A stretch of 64,000 nt of DNA, taken from Chiloscyllium plagiosum (lineage: Eukaryota). The notes beneath the pieces were generated by a model. It was not told the DNA's origin and searched no databases. It worked only from the letters and a program-made list of their open reading frames with translations. Numbering within the stretch: position 1 is the first letter of the stretch; every line of letters starts with the position of its first letter. The translations under genes and the position numbers were made by a program. The stretch covers positions 69,195,850-69,259,849 of the forward strand of contig NC_057711.1 in the NCBI RefSeq assembly GCF_004010195.1, written 5' to 3'. This document shows, one piece after another, positions 1-10,694 of this stretch.

Positions 1-479
1 GGTAGTGCCTATGATTAAAAAAAAAACTGCAGTACTACTGTGCTTAAATACAAATAACAAATAACATTATTGGAATCTCAGTACTCTCAGGCTGTAGATG
101 TTAACTAGTTAAACTCCAACTATACTTGGGCATATATTTGGGAATACCTAAATTTCTGCTCGGTCAACTTGTGCCGAAACCTTCTTGATTTGGTACATGG
201 TATGTTCCACCATGGAGAGAGAGAGAGAGAGCCTTATATACATGATCTAATATTCTGGAAATTCTACCTGGCTGGATTGTTGAGTGGGTTAATTTGGAGG
301 CTTTAAAATTGGTATCTGTTTCTGTGCACGCTAGCCAATCAGTCGACAAAAAGCAAAGCTGTAGTTACAGTTTTCCCTTTGTAATTACTGTACATTGAAT
401 TCCAAGCCTATATAAAGAAATAGATAAAAAGCAGATTAACATAAAGCAGAACAGGAATAATGAATCATACAGCAGAGTC

Positions 480-607
480 TGTGAGAAGATTTGTAGCTCA
501 GGTGCTCATTGTTGTGGTTCTGTTCGCCGAGCTGGGAATTTGTGTTGCAGACATTTCGTCCCCTGTCTAGGTGACATCCTCAGTGCTTGGGAGCCTCCTG
601 TGAAGGA
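480..607 (-). mobile_element. Penelope-like element terminus (family C) with hammerhead motif at 547-586
   Basis: Minus strand gca-CTGAGGA-t-gtcacct(agac)aggggac-GAAA-t-GTC-tgc. Confidence 0.7.
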
Positions 608-2139
608 GATTGCAGATTGCAAAGGTGATCTGGCAAGTAGGGCTGCAAGGGCAAGTCAAATTAAGTTGTGAAAGAAAATGTCATTATTAGCTTTGACTAA
701 ATAGTTTGCCAACTGAACTATTTGGTAATGGGTTATGAATATTTTTAACTAAAGTTATGTAGCAATTTAGTTATAATATTGAATAGTTGCACTTTCATAC
801 GAACGGGAGATTTTTCTTCAACAATATTATTTTCATGAAAGACAGACTTGCATATATATTGAGCTTTTTGAGATGTTCCAAATTGGTTTCCAAAATGAAG
901 TACTTTTGAAAGGAGGATTCTGCCATAAAATAGGAAATGCAACAGCAAATTGGGCACAGCAAGCTCCCACAATATGATAATAACTAGAAATGGGGTGTCA
1001 CTTTATTTTTGAGCAATGTTATCGAAATCAAAGCTCTGTTTGTGCCAAAGCTTCCAACTAGCTTTGGAACCTCTATGTTTACTACAGATCAGACAGAGAT
1101 CTGCACACTTATCTGGTATGTAACAGCCAGAAAATAATGTTTCGTGTACAAAGTCACACAAAGACCTACAAAGAAAATGATTGCAGAAAACATTGTTCCT
1201 TTTTACAATAGTCGCTTTTGTATGCTTAGTTTAAATGTCTAGTGTGAGCATTGGAATAATGTGATTGAGAGGATAAATGGGCAGGTGGGTAAGGTAAGTG
1301 GATAAGCTGGGCAAGGCTGTAGGTGGGTAGGCTAATAGATGCATGAGTTGGCAGTGTTAGAATGGCAAGTTTGTCTGGAGAAGTAGTCAGGTTGAGGAGT
1401 CAGATTGAGGAAGAGCAATAGTTTGATCATGAAAGGGTACTCATGTAAGGGAGGTAGTCACTTTACTGGCTGGTCAGGTCAGATTGAGAGGGGTCATTGG
1501 GTGGTGAGGATAGTCAACTCATAGTCTGATGATAATACGGTATCCAGGTTGGCATTTGCGTATGGTGGGGGTGGTATTCAGGTCAAATCAGGAGGGGATT
1601 GGGGCTTAGCATAGTCAAAACAGGTAGTTGATGGGTTCAATGTATGCAATGATGGCAGTGGTGGTATGGGCAGTCAATTGTGTAGTTACCCAGCAGTTAG
1701 ACGAGGACCACTGTTTCCAATGTTTCTGGTTAACTATCCAGCTAAGTACATCACAATTGCTGAAATCTCAAACACTAGTTCATAGTCAGGCACTTCTATG
1801 GGGGTCCAAGAGAGCAGGGTATTTACCCATCAGGAGTTCAAACATTTGAGCAATTTCTATGAAAGTAAGTACATTGGGTCTTTGGATCCCTGATACATCT
1901 CATTTCCAATGTTCCAGAAGTTCAAAGATCCGGGCACTATTTGTCATAATAACAAGATTCCCCAAAATCTACAACTAGTACCTTAGAAACCTATTTCACA
2001 AATGAGAAATTAAACGTGTGCTGCAAACTCTTTCTCCCAATTTTCTGGCCTTTGCTTTTCCATGTGCCATAATGTCATGGTAACTGGTGATTGGTTTGTC
2101 AGTCATTCCCTGTCATCTTTGTTGCTCTTATTCAGACTT

Positions 2140-2480
2140 CCATTTGAGTCAGAAAGCTGTGGCTTCAAGTCCAACCATGGAACAAGGGCAGAAAATTGAA
2201 GATTGATAATACTTCAGTGCAGTTCTGAAGGAGTGATGTATTTTCAGGGATACCATATTTTGGTTGAGACGCTAAAGTGACCTTGTCTGCATCTCAAGTT
2301 AATGTAAGAGATCCCAAGGAGGTTACCATGAAAATTTGAAAAATATTTATCCCCTAATTGATGCAACAAAAATAAATAAATTATCTAACTATTATCATAT
2401 ATCTGTTTATGAGAAATTGCTATGTGCAATCTGGCTGTATGTTCTCAGCATGACATCAGAATTAACCATATATCACCAGA
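2140..2480 (+). mobile_element. Old decayed SINE, probably Deu-domain type (SacSINE1-like)
   Basis: tgagtcagaaagctgtggcttcaagtcc..cagtgcagttctgaaggagtg..gagacgctaaa..gtaagagatccca resembles the DeuSINE consensus from memory. Related fragments at about 870-975 and 7200-7340 (minus). Confidence 0.45.
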
Positions 2481-4905
2481 TTTGGCTTAATTTTGCCAAG
2501 TTCTCTCAAGCATCATTCATCTCTGTTAAGTAGCATCCATTACATAGAGGTCATCCAAACATTTTCCCAGATCCTTTCCTACCTAAGCCCTGAATTTGCT
2601 GTTAACTCAAGTCTTCTCCATTTTAATCCCCTCTGCAATAATCTTTCTCCTCAACCATATTCCCATTATTGCTTTAGGACATTCAGGAAACCTATTCTTC
2701 CGAGTTTCTTAACAACTCAATGCCCTATTTAAGAAAAGCTAAATTGCTTCCGATTGTATCAAAATTAAGTGGCTGCTGATCTGTTATAGAAAGTGTTTGA
2801 AATTCTAGCACCAGAGGTGTAACTTCTGCCATCTCCTATAAAAGGAAGAATCAGTGGAGACAAAAAACACTGCTTCTGAACATTGCATTAAGTACTATCG
2901 TAGTGCTAACCCCACATTACCAATACAAGTGCCAAAAGACCTGCAGCTGTAAACCTAGCCAAGAATGTTGGTACTTCCAGGCTGGAAGCACCAAAATGGT
3001 GTAATCAGTATTAAGAGATTGAAATGTCAAACAGGATTATTTGTTTTAGATATTTTTAATCACTCTGCTCAGACATGTTCACTCATATCTAGGGCAAATG
3101 AGATTTGAACTCAGGCCTTCTGCCCCAGAAGCAGAGACACCCCAACAGTGCTACAAGAGTCTTCACTTAAATGTTCTTTCATACTGCCCTCCCAACGCCA
3201 GTTTCTTTGTACATTCTTTAACTTTATTGATTTGTTGTTAAAGATGAGAAGTGTGGTAAGAATCTGATTTTATTTTATATACTTGCATCTGGGAAGTGAA
3301 ACATTTTCAGGGACATTGTCAGACAAATCAGTCCCGGACTATTTATTTCAGCTATCAATGTTTCAGAATTAAAATCTTCTGTCCATGTATTACTGCAAAT
3401 AATTAGAATTAAAGTTTCAAGTTTAATTCTTTATAATAGATTAGTTTAGATGACACAGTAGTGTGGAAATTGGAACACCAACACCACCATGATGCCATGA
3501 AGTGATTTCTTGATCTCAAGTTAGTTTTCATAGGCAAGTGCAGGGTGGATACTAGATAATTGCCGAAAGAGATAATTTTAAATTTGGGTGGAGAATCACC
3601 TTACTTAAGAGCGTCAAAGGGCTTGAAATAAGTATCTAGCTTGCTCATAACTGTATAAAGCTAGAAAGACAGAATAGGAACAAAAATTTAAGTTTACCCA
3701 GATTATTTTCTAAACAGATTGGCTTTGACCTTTGCCAGAGTAAACTGCTGACATATTAAAACCTCTAGTATGTTAATACCCTCTTTGTCACCATTGCCAG
3801 ATCAACCGATTCATCTTTGTGCATGGCTGATGTTTTTTTCCATTATGGATGCCAACACTACTCAATCCAAAAAGCCATGATTTTAATCACTGAAGTTTTA
3901 GCCTCCCAGTATTCCGACACATGGAATATTTTATTTTGATTATATGTTTAGGAAATATACGGGAAAAACAAGATATTCCTCATTATTTTATCAATCCGCA
4001 TATTAGAATAGCTAGGGCACAAATGCAAATCACAACCAAATCTAATGAGAGACTACACATTAATTAATCATTATTGTCTAATTTTCCATTGTTTTCTATG
4101 TTGTTTTTAGTTTTTCACTTATCCAATTATCAAAATTTCTGAGTTTTTACCCTATTAAGTACCTTAAGCAATTTATCGTTTGACTGATATTCATCTAGCC
4201 AATAAAATCCAGGTAACCAATGTTTTGATCAATATCTTTGTTGCTTCTTGTAAAAAATGAGCTTGTTGCTTATTTCTTTTAAGAAAAACTGTCAATCCCT
4301 TAATCTCAAGAGAGCATGTTTTTGAAATGCATATGTATCAAGAACAACTAAAGCCAATTAATAGCATTCACCCATTAACACAATTGAAGCAGCAAATGCT
4401 CCTATGTCAAAATGCAATAATTCAAGGTGCAATGCACAGTACTTTTGTGAAATGGCTGAGGAACTAGCTGAAAAGGCACTTTGCCCTCAAGATTCTCACA
4501 GTCCTTCAACAGTGACAGCAGAGCCAAGTCAAGTCACCCATTGTGTATATAGAGCAATAAAGAGATTAGATATAGAGAGATACGCATCCACATTTAAAAA
4601 CATGAAAGAAAGGCTAAATGAAAATGACAGAGGGGCAAGCAGCAACTATGCTGCTGAAATTGAGGAATACAGCTAATGATAGTTTGAGAGTCTAGAAGTG
4701 GGGATGTAAGAAAAATAAAAGCTGCCAATGCAGCATACAGTTTATACATGAAATCATATTCTGAAAGTTCTTAAAAATATGCTGAACTAAATCAATGATT
4801 TTTGAAAAGCTTCTATTCACTCTTTTCCTTGCAGTGTTCAGCACTGTGTATTATAAGTGACAATGTTTCAAACTCTACCTCATAAAGGAGTTGAAATGCT
4901 TATGA

Positions 4906-5129
4906 ATCGATAAAGTGTGGCGCTGATAAAAGCACAGCAGGTCCAGCAGCATTCGAGGAGCAAGAGAGTCAATGTTTCGGACTTGATCCTTCATCAGGAC
5001 CTGATGAAGGGTTAAGCCTGAAATACCAACTCACTTGCTCCTCAGATACTGCCTAACCTGCTGTGTTTTTACCAGCGCCACACTTTATCAACTCTGACTT
5101 CTCCAGCATCTGCAGTCCTCACTATCTCC
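4906..5129. mobile_element. Penelope-like terminus (family A) with inverted duplication; two back-to-back hammerhead motifs
   Basis: Arms about 4910-4998 and 5000-5090 are reverse complements centred on ccttcatcagg-a-cctgatgaagg. Ends in ctccagcatctgcagtcctcactatctcc. Degenerate TSD gaaatgcttatga/gagatgcatatga (4893-4905, 5130-5142). Confidence 0.8.
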
Positions 5130-5449
5130 GAGATGCATATGAGAGAAAACAAACTCTTCTGATCTAATCCCACCTGTAACCCACTGGAATCCAAGAAGAA
5201 AATTCAGATAAATTACCCTCATGCTGTTAAACATTATTAAATATATTCATATTAATAGGAGGTGTAATACCCCTCTTCCTTTCCTCAGTGGTCATATCAC
5301 AGGTCTGGGCATTTTAGGTCAGTCCCACACTGCACTGCAATATCATTTTAGGACAACAAATAAAAGGAAAGATGGCCTGTGTATCTTGGACCCATTTGAG
5401 ACTATAATGGAAAATAAGAAAATGTCAAACATTACTGTGAAGTATTAGA

Positions 5450-7120
5450 AGGATACTTTATGTCTATCTTCACAGTAAAGAGCACAATAAATATTTTCAA
5501 AATAATGGGAAACCAAAGGTGCAAGGAGAATTAGGAAAGTAAAGACAAAAATCAGTGTAATTAAAGACTTACTGCAGGTGAAACTAGTGGGAATAAATAG
5601 GAACAAATCCTCTGAACTTGACAATCTGTAACCTAGAATTTTTAAAAATGATAGCTGCAGAGACTGTGGATACATTAGTTTTGAGCTACCAGATTCCTTA
5701 GATTCTATATAATTCCTAAGGCTTTAAAGGATTTGAAGCAAATGCAACTCTGATATTGAGAAATAAAAAGAGAGAAGTTGGTATTATAGGCCAATTGACC
5801 TACCGTTAGCAGTAATGCCAGAGTGTGTTATTAGGGTTGTAACTTAGAAACTCATAACATGATCAAGAACCATCAACATGGATTTGTGAAAGGGAAATAA
5901 TATTTAAAAACCTTTGGTGTTTTGAGAATGTAACCGGTCAGATGGATAAGAAGAAACCAGGGAATGTAGTATATTAAGACTTTCAAAATGTACCCAGTAC
6001 AAGTTTCACACAAAATTAAGATCCATAGAATTGGGGGTAATATATCAGGATGGATTGAGGACATGCTAATTGACAAAAAGCAGATTGTCGGAATAAATGG
6101 AATAATTTTGGTTCGGCGAGATCTAAATTGTAGTGTTTTACAAGGATCAGCCCTTGCTTATCCACTATTTGCAAACCATGTAAATTACTTGAGGGAACTG
6201 GGTGTAGTTTGTCCATGTTTTCTAATGATACCAAGTTAGTTGGGAAAGTAAATAATGAAATGGATGCAATGAAGTTGTTTAGGGATCCAGACAGGTTGAG
6301 TAAGTAGACAAGATTTCTGCAGATACAAAGTACCAAAGTATAAATTTATCACTTTGGTACAATAAATGAACAAGAATACTATTTTGTAGATGTAAAAGAC
6401 TTGGAAACATTTGCATTCAAAAGGGCCTGAGTGTTCTACACATGAATTAGAAAGTTAATATGCAGTTACAACATGCAATTAGGAAGGCAAATGATATGTT
6501 AGTTTTCATTACAAAGGGATTTGAGCATAAGAGTAAAGAAGTATTATTACAATTACACAGAGCATTGGCGAGGCCACACCTGGAATATTTGAGCAGTTTT
6601 GGTCATCTTGCCTAAAAAACAGTATACTTGCCCTTGAGGGAATGCAACAAATTTTCATCCAGGTGATTATTGGGATGAGGGGATTATCCTGTGAGGAGAA
6701 ATTGAGTAGACCAAGCCCATATTTCTCAAAATATGGAATAATGAGAGGTGATCTAATGGATTCAAAACATTTTTCAGGGACTGGATAGTGTACATGAGGA
6801 GAAAATGTTTCCATTGATGAAGAAATCTAGAATTCGGTGTCACAACCTTAGAATCAGGAGATGGCCATCAAGATGAGAATTTATTTTCAGTCATCATTAT
6901 GAATCTTTGAGCGCTTGTACCCCAAACAGCTGTGGATACTCAGTAATTAAGTTTGTTTCAAGCAAGAGGTGAATTGATTTTTGAACACTGGGAGAATTAA
7001 ATGTTTTAGGGACAGTGCAGGAAGGTGGAGTTGAGGTAGAAGGGCAGCCATGACCTCGTTCCATAGTGAAGCAAGCTCAAAGGCCCACACCTGTACCTTT
7101 TTTGTTGTTTATATGTTCTT
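5450..7120 (+). mobile_element. Decayed CR1-clade LINE ORF2 (reverse transcriptase) to 3' end
   Basis: Frameshifted QHGFVKGK, KVSHK..IHRIGGNISGWIEDML, QGSAL, RPHLEY motifs and a CR1-like 3' UTR. Confidence 0.75.
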
Positions 7121-7489
7121 AAAAAAGATGAACATTTGTCAATATTTTTGAAATAATGTTCTTTGGAATACATATCCAATCATAAGGACTTTGACTTTAA
7201 ATTACAAAAGACCACACCTACAAAGATGCAGCACCCATCAGTACCAACTAGAATCTAAGGTGGAAATCTTGACTCAAATCTTAGAATGAGATTCCCAGTT
7301 ATATCATGCCATTCCAGCAAGGACTCTATCATGCTTCTTAAACTTGAATCCAGTTGAATCAGAAAAGTAGAGAATAGCACACCTGCACCACAGCAAATGA
7401 AGGAAGACTAAAAGGGAGAGATGGGAAAATTGCCTGAAAGTATGAGGATGGTATTGTTTTATTTTGTTTAGTTAATCTAATGTCTTTAG

Positions 7490-8312
7490 AAGGCATTGCT
7501 ACAAAACATACATCATGTTCAGGGATGCAAATTGATCTGCACGCCCATGAATTCCTAAAGATTAGTGTGCAGGTACAGCAAGTAATCAGGAAAGCTAATA
7601 GGGTGTTATAATTTATCACAAGGAGCATCTGAATACAAAAGTTGGAAGGTTATGCTTTATGCAGGACACTGATGAGATCGCATTTGAAATCCTGTACACA
7701 GTATTAATCACCTTATTTAAGTAATTACATAAATGCATTGGAGTCAGTTTAGAGAAGGTTTATACAGTCATAGAGTCATACAACATGGAAACAGACCCTT
7801 TGGTCCAACCAGTCCATGATGATCATGTTCCAAACTAAACTAGTCTCACTTGGCCGATATCCCTCCAAACCTTTCCTATTCATGAACTTATCCATTAATA
7901 CCTGGAATGGGCAGGTTGTTTTATGAGGAAAGGTTGGACGAGTGAGTTTAGAGGAGTAAGAGAGCAACTTGATTGAAGAATATAAAGTTATGAAGGTTCC
8001 TGATGGGTAGACATGGAGAAGATGTTTCCTACTGTGGGTGAGTCTCGAATAAGGGTGGCTGTTTAAAAACTTCCACTCGAGGATTGGGAGTCTTTGGAAC
8101 TCCTCTGAGAGGTGGTGAAACACAGTCCTTCCGCATTTTTAAGGCAGAGGTCTCTGAATTATCGTTAAGAAAGGAGGTGAAAGGTCAGGGTAGGGAGGAA
8201 TGTGGACTTGAGGTCATAATGAGATCAGTCACCATCTTATCAAATAGCAGAGTAAGGGTTTTGACGGGCTGAATGGCCTCCTTCTGCTCCTGAATGGTAT
8301 GTAAGCATGTAT
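7490..8312 (+). mobile_element. CR1-clade LINE 3' fragment with a nested minus-strand HER1-type tail (about 7767-7895)
   Basis: Tail gggctgaatggcctccttctgctcct; nested gtcatagagtcatacaacatggaaacagaccc. Confidence 0.7.
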
Positions 8313-8374
8313 CTTCATAACTGTTGAAATGCGATCATGGTAGGGAGCGCATATTATCTGCAGTCTCCACTTAC

Positions 8375-8512
8375 CGGTGACAACTGTGCCATTCCCATGA
8401 GTAACGAGGTCGGCTCGGTAAAAAATCTGCTGTGCCTTGGTTCTTCACTCTCTGTGGGAATCTTAGCAACACTCTCATATCATAGTCCCTGATGCTCGAA
8501 CTGTAGGCTGAG
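8375..8512 (-). CDS. LOX: Lysyl oxidase exon 3
   Basis: Acceptor CCTTATAG and donor CG|GTAAGT at 8374. Encodes [45 protein letters not shown](R); 138 bp; start of the copper-binding segment. Downstream exons were not found in 1-8374. Confidence 0.97.
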
Positions 8513-9347
8513 CTATAAGGAAACGTGGAACAGGGGAGAGCCATCGTCACACGGTGAATCATAAACTTCTTACTTCCCAAAAATCTCCAACGAGAGTTCA
8601 AAGAGTGACATTTTCGGGGTATAATTATATCAATAACCCTGCCTCACCTGGAAAACCGGGCAGTTGTTTTCAAAGCTTTAGCGAGGTTACAGTTACCGCT
8701 ATGAGTTTACAATTATGAGCTACACTTCGACAATTAACTGGATTTTTAAAAATCAAGTCAATTCGCATTTAATAACTTGACGTGTTCATTATTATCACTT
8801 GAACAAGTCAGAATAATATATCCAAATGAGTTAGGTTGTTTGAGAAAAATGTGACTTATAAAAAGATTGTTAAAAATGTAGTCCCCTACACGGGCACAGA
8901 ACACATCCCAGAATGAGAACGGCTACAATTCAGAACCTCATCCAACCCAGCAGCTACCGCAGCTGTGAGTTCTCTCAGTCTTCAGTTTTCCTTAAACTTT
9001 CTAAATCCTCACCCCTTAACTCTGGATTCATTAATTCTGTCTCCGAATTTGCGTCAAACCACAGCACACCCCGCGTTATCGTTTGTACAAATCCACCTGC
9101 TAATATCCCTATTGTGTCGGAGTCTTGTTTATTGACCGTTCCATTATAAAATGATGTCTGCAAGTTTACGAGTTTTGTTTTAACAAGAACTCTGGATGGG
9201 GTCGGACAGGGAAATTAAAAACAGAAAGCATTGCCGGGCTGTGAGAAGCTACACACTGGGGAATGACGCGAAGGGAGAAGAGGGTTTGAGGATGTAACTG
9301 TGATGCAAGAAAACCGGGGCACATGGTTCTGATTATGCAGACTGTAC

Positions 9348-9456
9348 CTTGCCAAGCAATTTTCCTCTGCGGCACATCTAAGGTTGTACATGTGCATCTT
9401 CTGAACGTATGTTGAGACTTGAATATAGTATGGATCTGGGATTAAATCTGGTAAAC
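9348..9456 (-). CDS. LOX: Lysyl oxidase exon 2
   Basis: Acceptor TTTTAG at 9457-9458 and donor AG|GTACAG at 9347. Encodes (G)[35 protein letters not shown](S); 109 bp, phase-compatible with exons 1 and 3. Confidence 0.97.
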
Positions 9457-9618
9457 CTAAAATAAAAAGCATGGATTTAATTTAGTTCCTTATTGAAACA
9501 AACACGATGCAGATTATAAGTGTATTTGCAAGCAATGAATTGCCCCTCTATTCAGTAACAAAACCTTCGATGCTCTACTCTCTAAGAAAAGCAGTTGTAG
9601 TTTTGTGCATCAGCTTAC

Positions 9619-10363
9619 CATGCTGGAAATATCTGGTGCCGTACCCAGGTCTGCGGGGGCGAACTCTGGGTCTCTCGTATGTGTCGTAGTAATTGTAGTA
9701 GGGGTTGTCATCGGTTCTCTTGTAGGGATTGTAAGGGTCATCACCGACCATGACATCCGCGTTGGCAGTCCCGGGAAGGCTCTGGCTTGACCTGTTTTGG
9801 CCAGATGCTGGTGTCTCCCTGATACTATCCTGGTCGGTAGAAGCTGGAGTGACCCTAGCCCCTTGGCCGGGCACTCCGCTGGATCGAGCCCCAGGCTGAT
9901 TCCGGGGGCCGGATGGTCTTGGATTGCCGCGGTTTGAGTCTCGCAACGGGTGAGTGGCGCCGGACAAGCGGGACTGGGATCGGGATAAGGACGAGTCCCC
10001 GCGTTGTCGGACTGCGCGGGCGCCGGAGGTGTTTTGCGAGGACTGTGCTCTGGAAGATGTGGGTGGCCTCCTGGCATTGCTGTCTCTGCCGCTGCCCACC
10101 GTGCTGTTGGTGTCACTGTCACTCAGTAAGAAGAGGCGGTTGCTCCCGCTGGAGCCCTGGGGCGGCTGATACTCGGAGCCCAGGCTCAACAAACTATAAA
10201 CGCGTCCGTTGTTTCTCCACTGAATCCGTTGGCGCCAAAGAGCGCCCGCAGAGCTGTCCTGTTCTTGCTGCTGCTGCTGCTGCTGTCCATCGATCTCTCC
10301 AACCAGGCAAGTCAAGTAAAGACCAAAAAGTTTCAGTAAACACATTAATGTTTGATAATTCAT
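9619..10363 (-). CDS. LOX: Lysyl oxidase exon 1 coding part (signal peptide, propeptide, start of mature enzyme)
   Basis: ORF 9575..10363 starts with a hydrophobic signal peptide, then WRQRIQWRNNGRVYSLLSLGSEYQP and MVG|DDPYNPYK..DDNPYYNYYDTYERPR..RPGYGTRYFQHG, typical of vertebrate LOX. Donor G|GTAAGC at 9618; 745 bp = 248 codons + 1 (phase 1). Confidence 0.97.
10265..10285 (-). repeat. (CAG)6CAA trinucleotide repeat encoding Q7 in the LOX propeptide
   Basis: Plus strand ttg(ctg)6; translation GQQQQQQQEQ. Confidence 0.9.
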
Positions 10364-10582
10364 CTTTTAAGTCAAACGAGGAAAAATTGTAACTTCCCAG
10401 AAGATTCTTTTTTGTCAAAAGAAGTCTATATTTCCATCAAATATATTTTAAATGTAAAAGTTAGTGTGATTCTTTAAACATTATATATATATATGCACAC
10501 ACACAAAAAAGATACCAGAGTATTCAAAATCTGGCTTGCCAAAAGCTGCAGCTGTATAGAGTGCCTCACATTTTCTTGGTAC

Positions 10583-10694
10583 TGTCTGGAGTGGAGAAGG
10601 AGGAAGGGATTTTAAAGTTGCTGGCACATTCGCAAAGTTACACAACCTGCTCCCAGGCTACTCGCTATTTGTTCACGTAATGCCTAGGAACGTG
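10583..10694 (-). promoter_or_regulatory. LOX: LOX core promoter: HRE (TACGTG, 10674-10679), forkhead-like site (10666-10674), C/EBP-like TTGTGTAA (10638-10645), TATA-like TTTAAAA (10610-10616)
   Basis: Minus strand reads ATTACGTGAACAAATAGC..GGTTGTGTAACTTTGCGAATGTGCCAGCAACTTTAAAATCCCTTCCTCCTTCTCCACTCCAGACA, about 220-320 bp upstream of the ATG. Strongly resembles the human LOX proximal promoter/5' end from memory. Confidence 0.8.

Noticed and set aside
1260..1680. Purine-rich ggtcagg-type degenerate repeats (and the pyrimidine-rich counterpart at about 35770-36000)
   Set aside because: Low-complexity with no definable unit; cannot support a functional call.
4404..4676. 90-aa plus-strand ORF in LOX intron
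   Set aside because: No domain similarity or splice/promoter support; likely chance or decayed repeat.
1..8374. LOX exons 4-7 (HYHSMDEF..., LTQ region)
   Set aside because: No matching coding sequence recognised by eye; they presumably lie left of the window.
9605..10418. Overlapping and antisense ORFs over LOX exon 1 (9913..10392, 9610..10122, etc.)
   Set aside because: Shadow frames of a GC-rich coding exon with no recognisable protein features.
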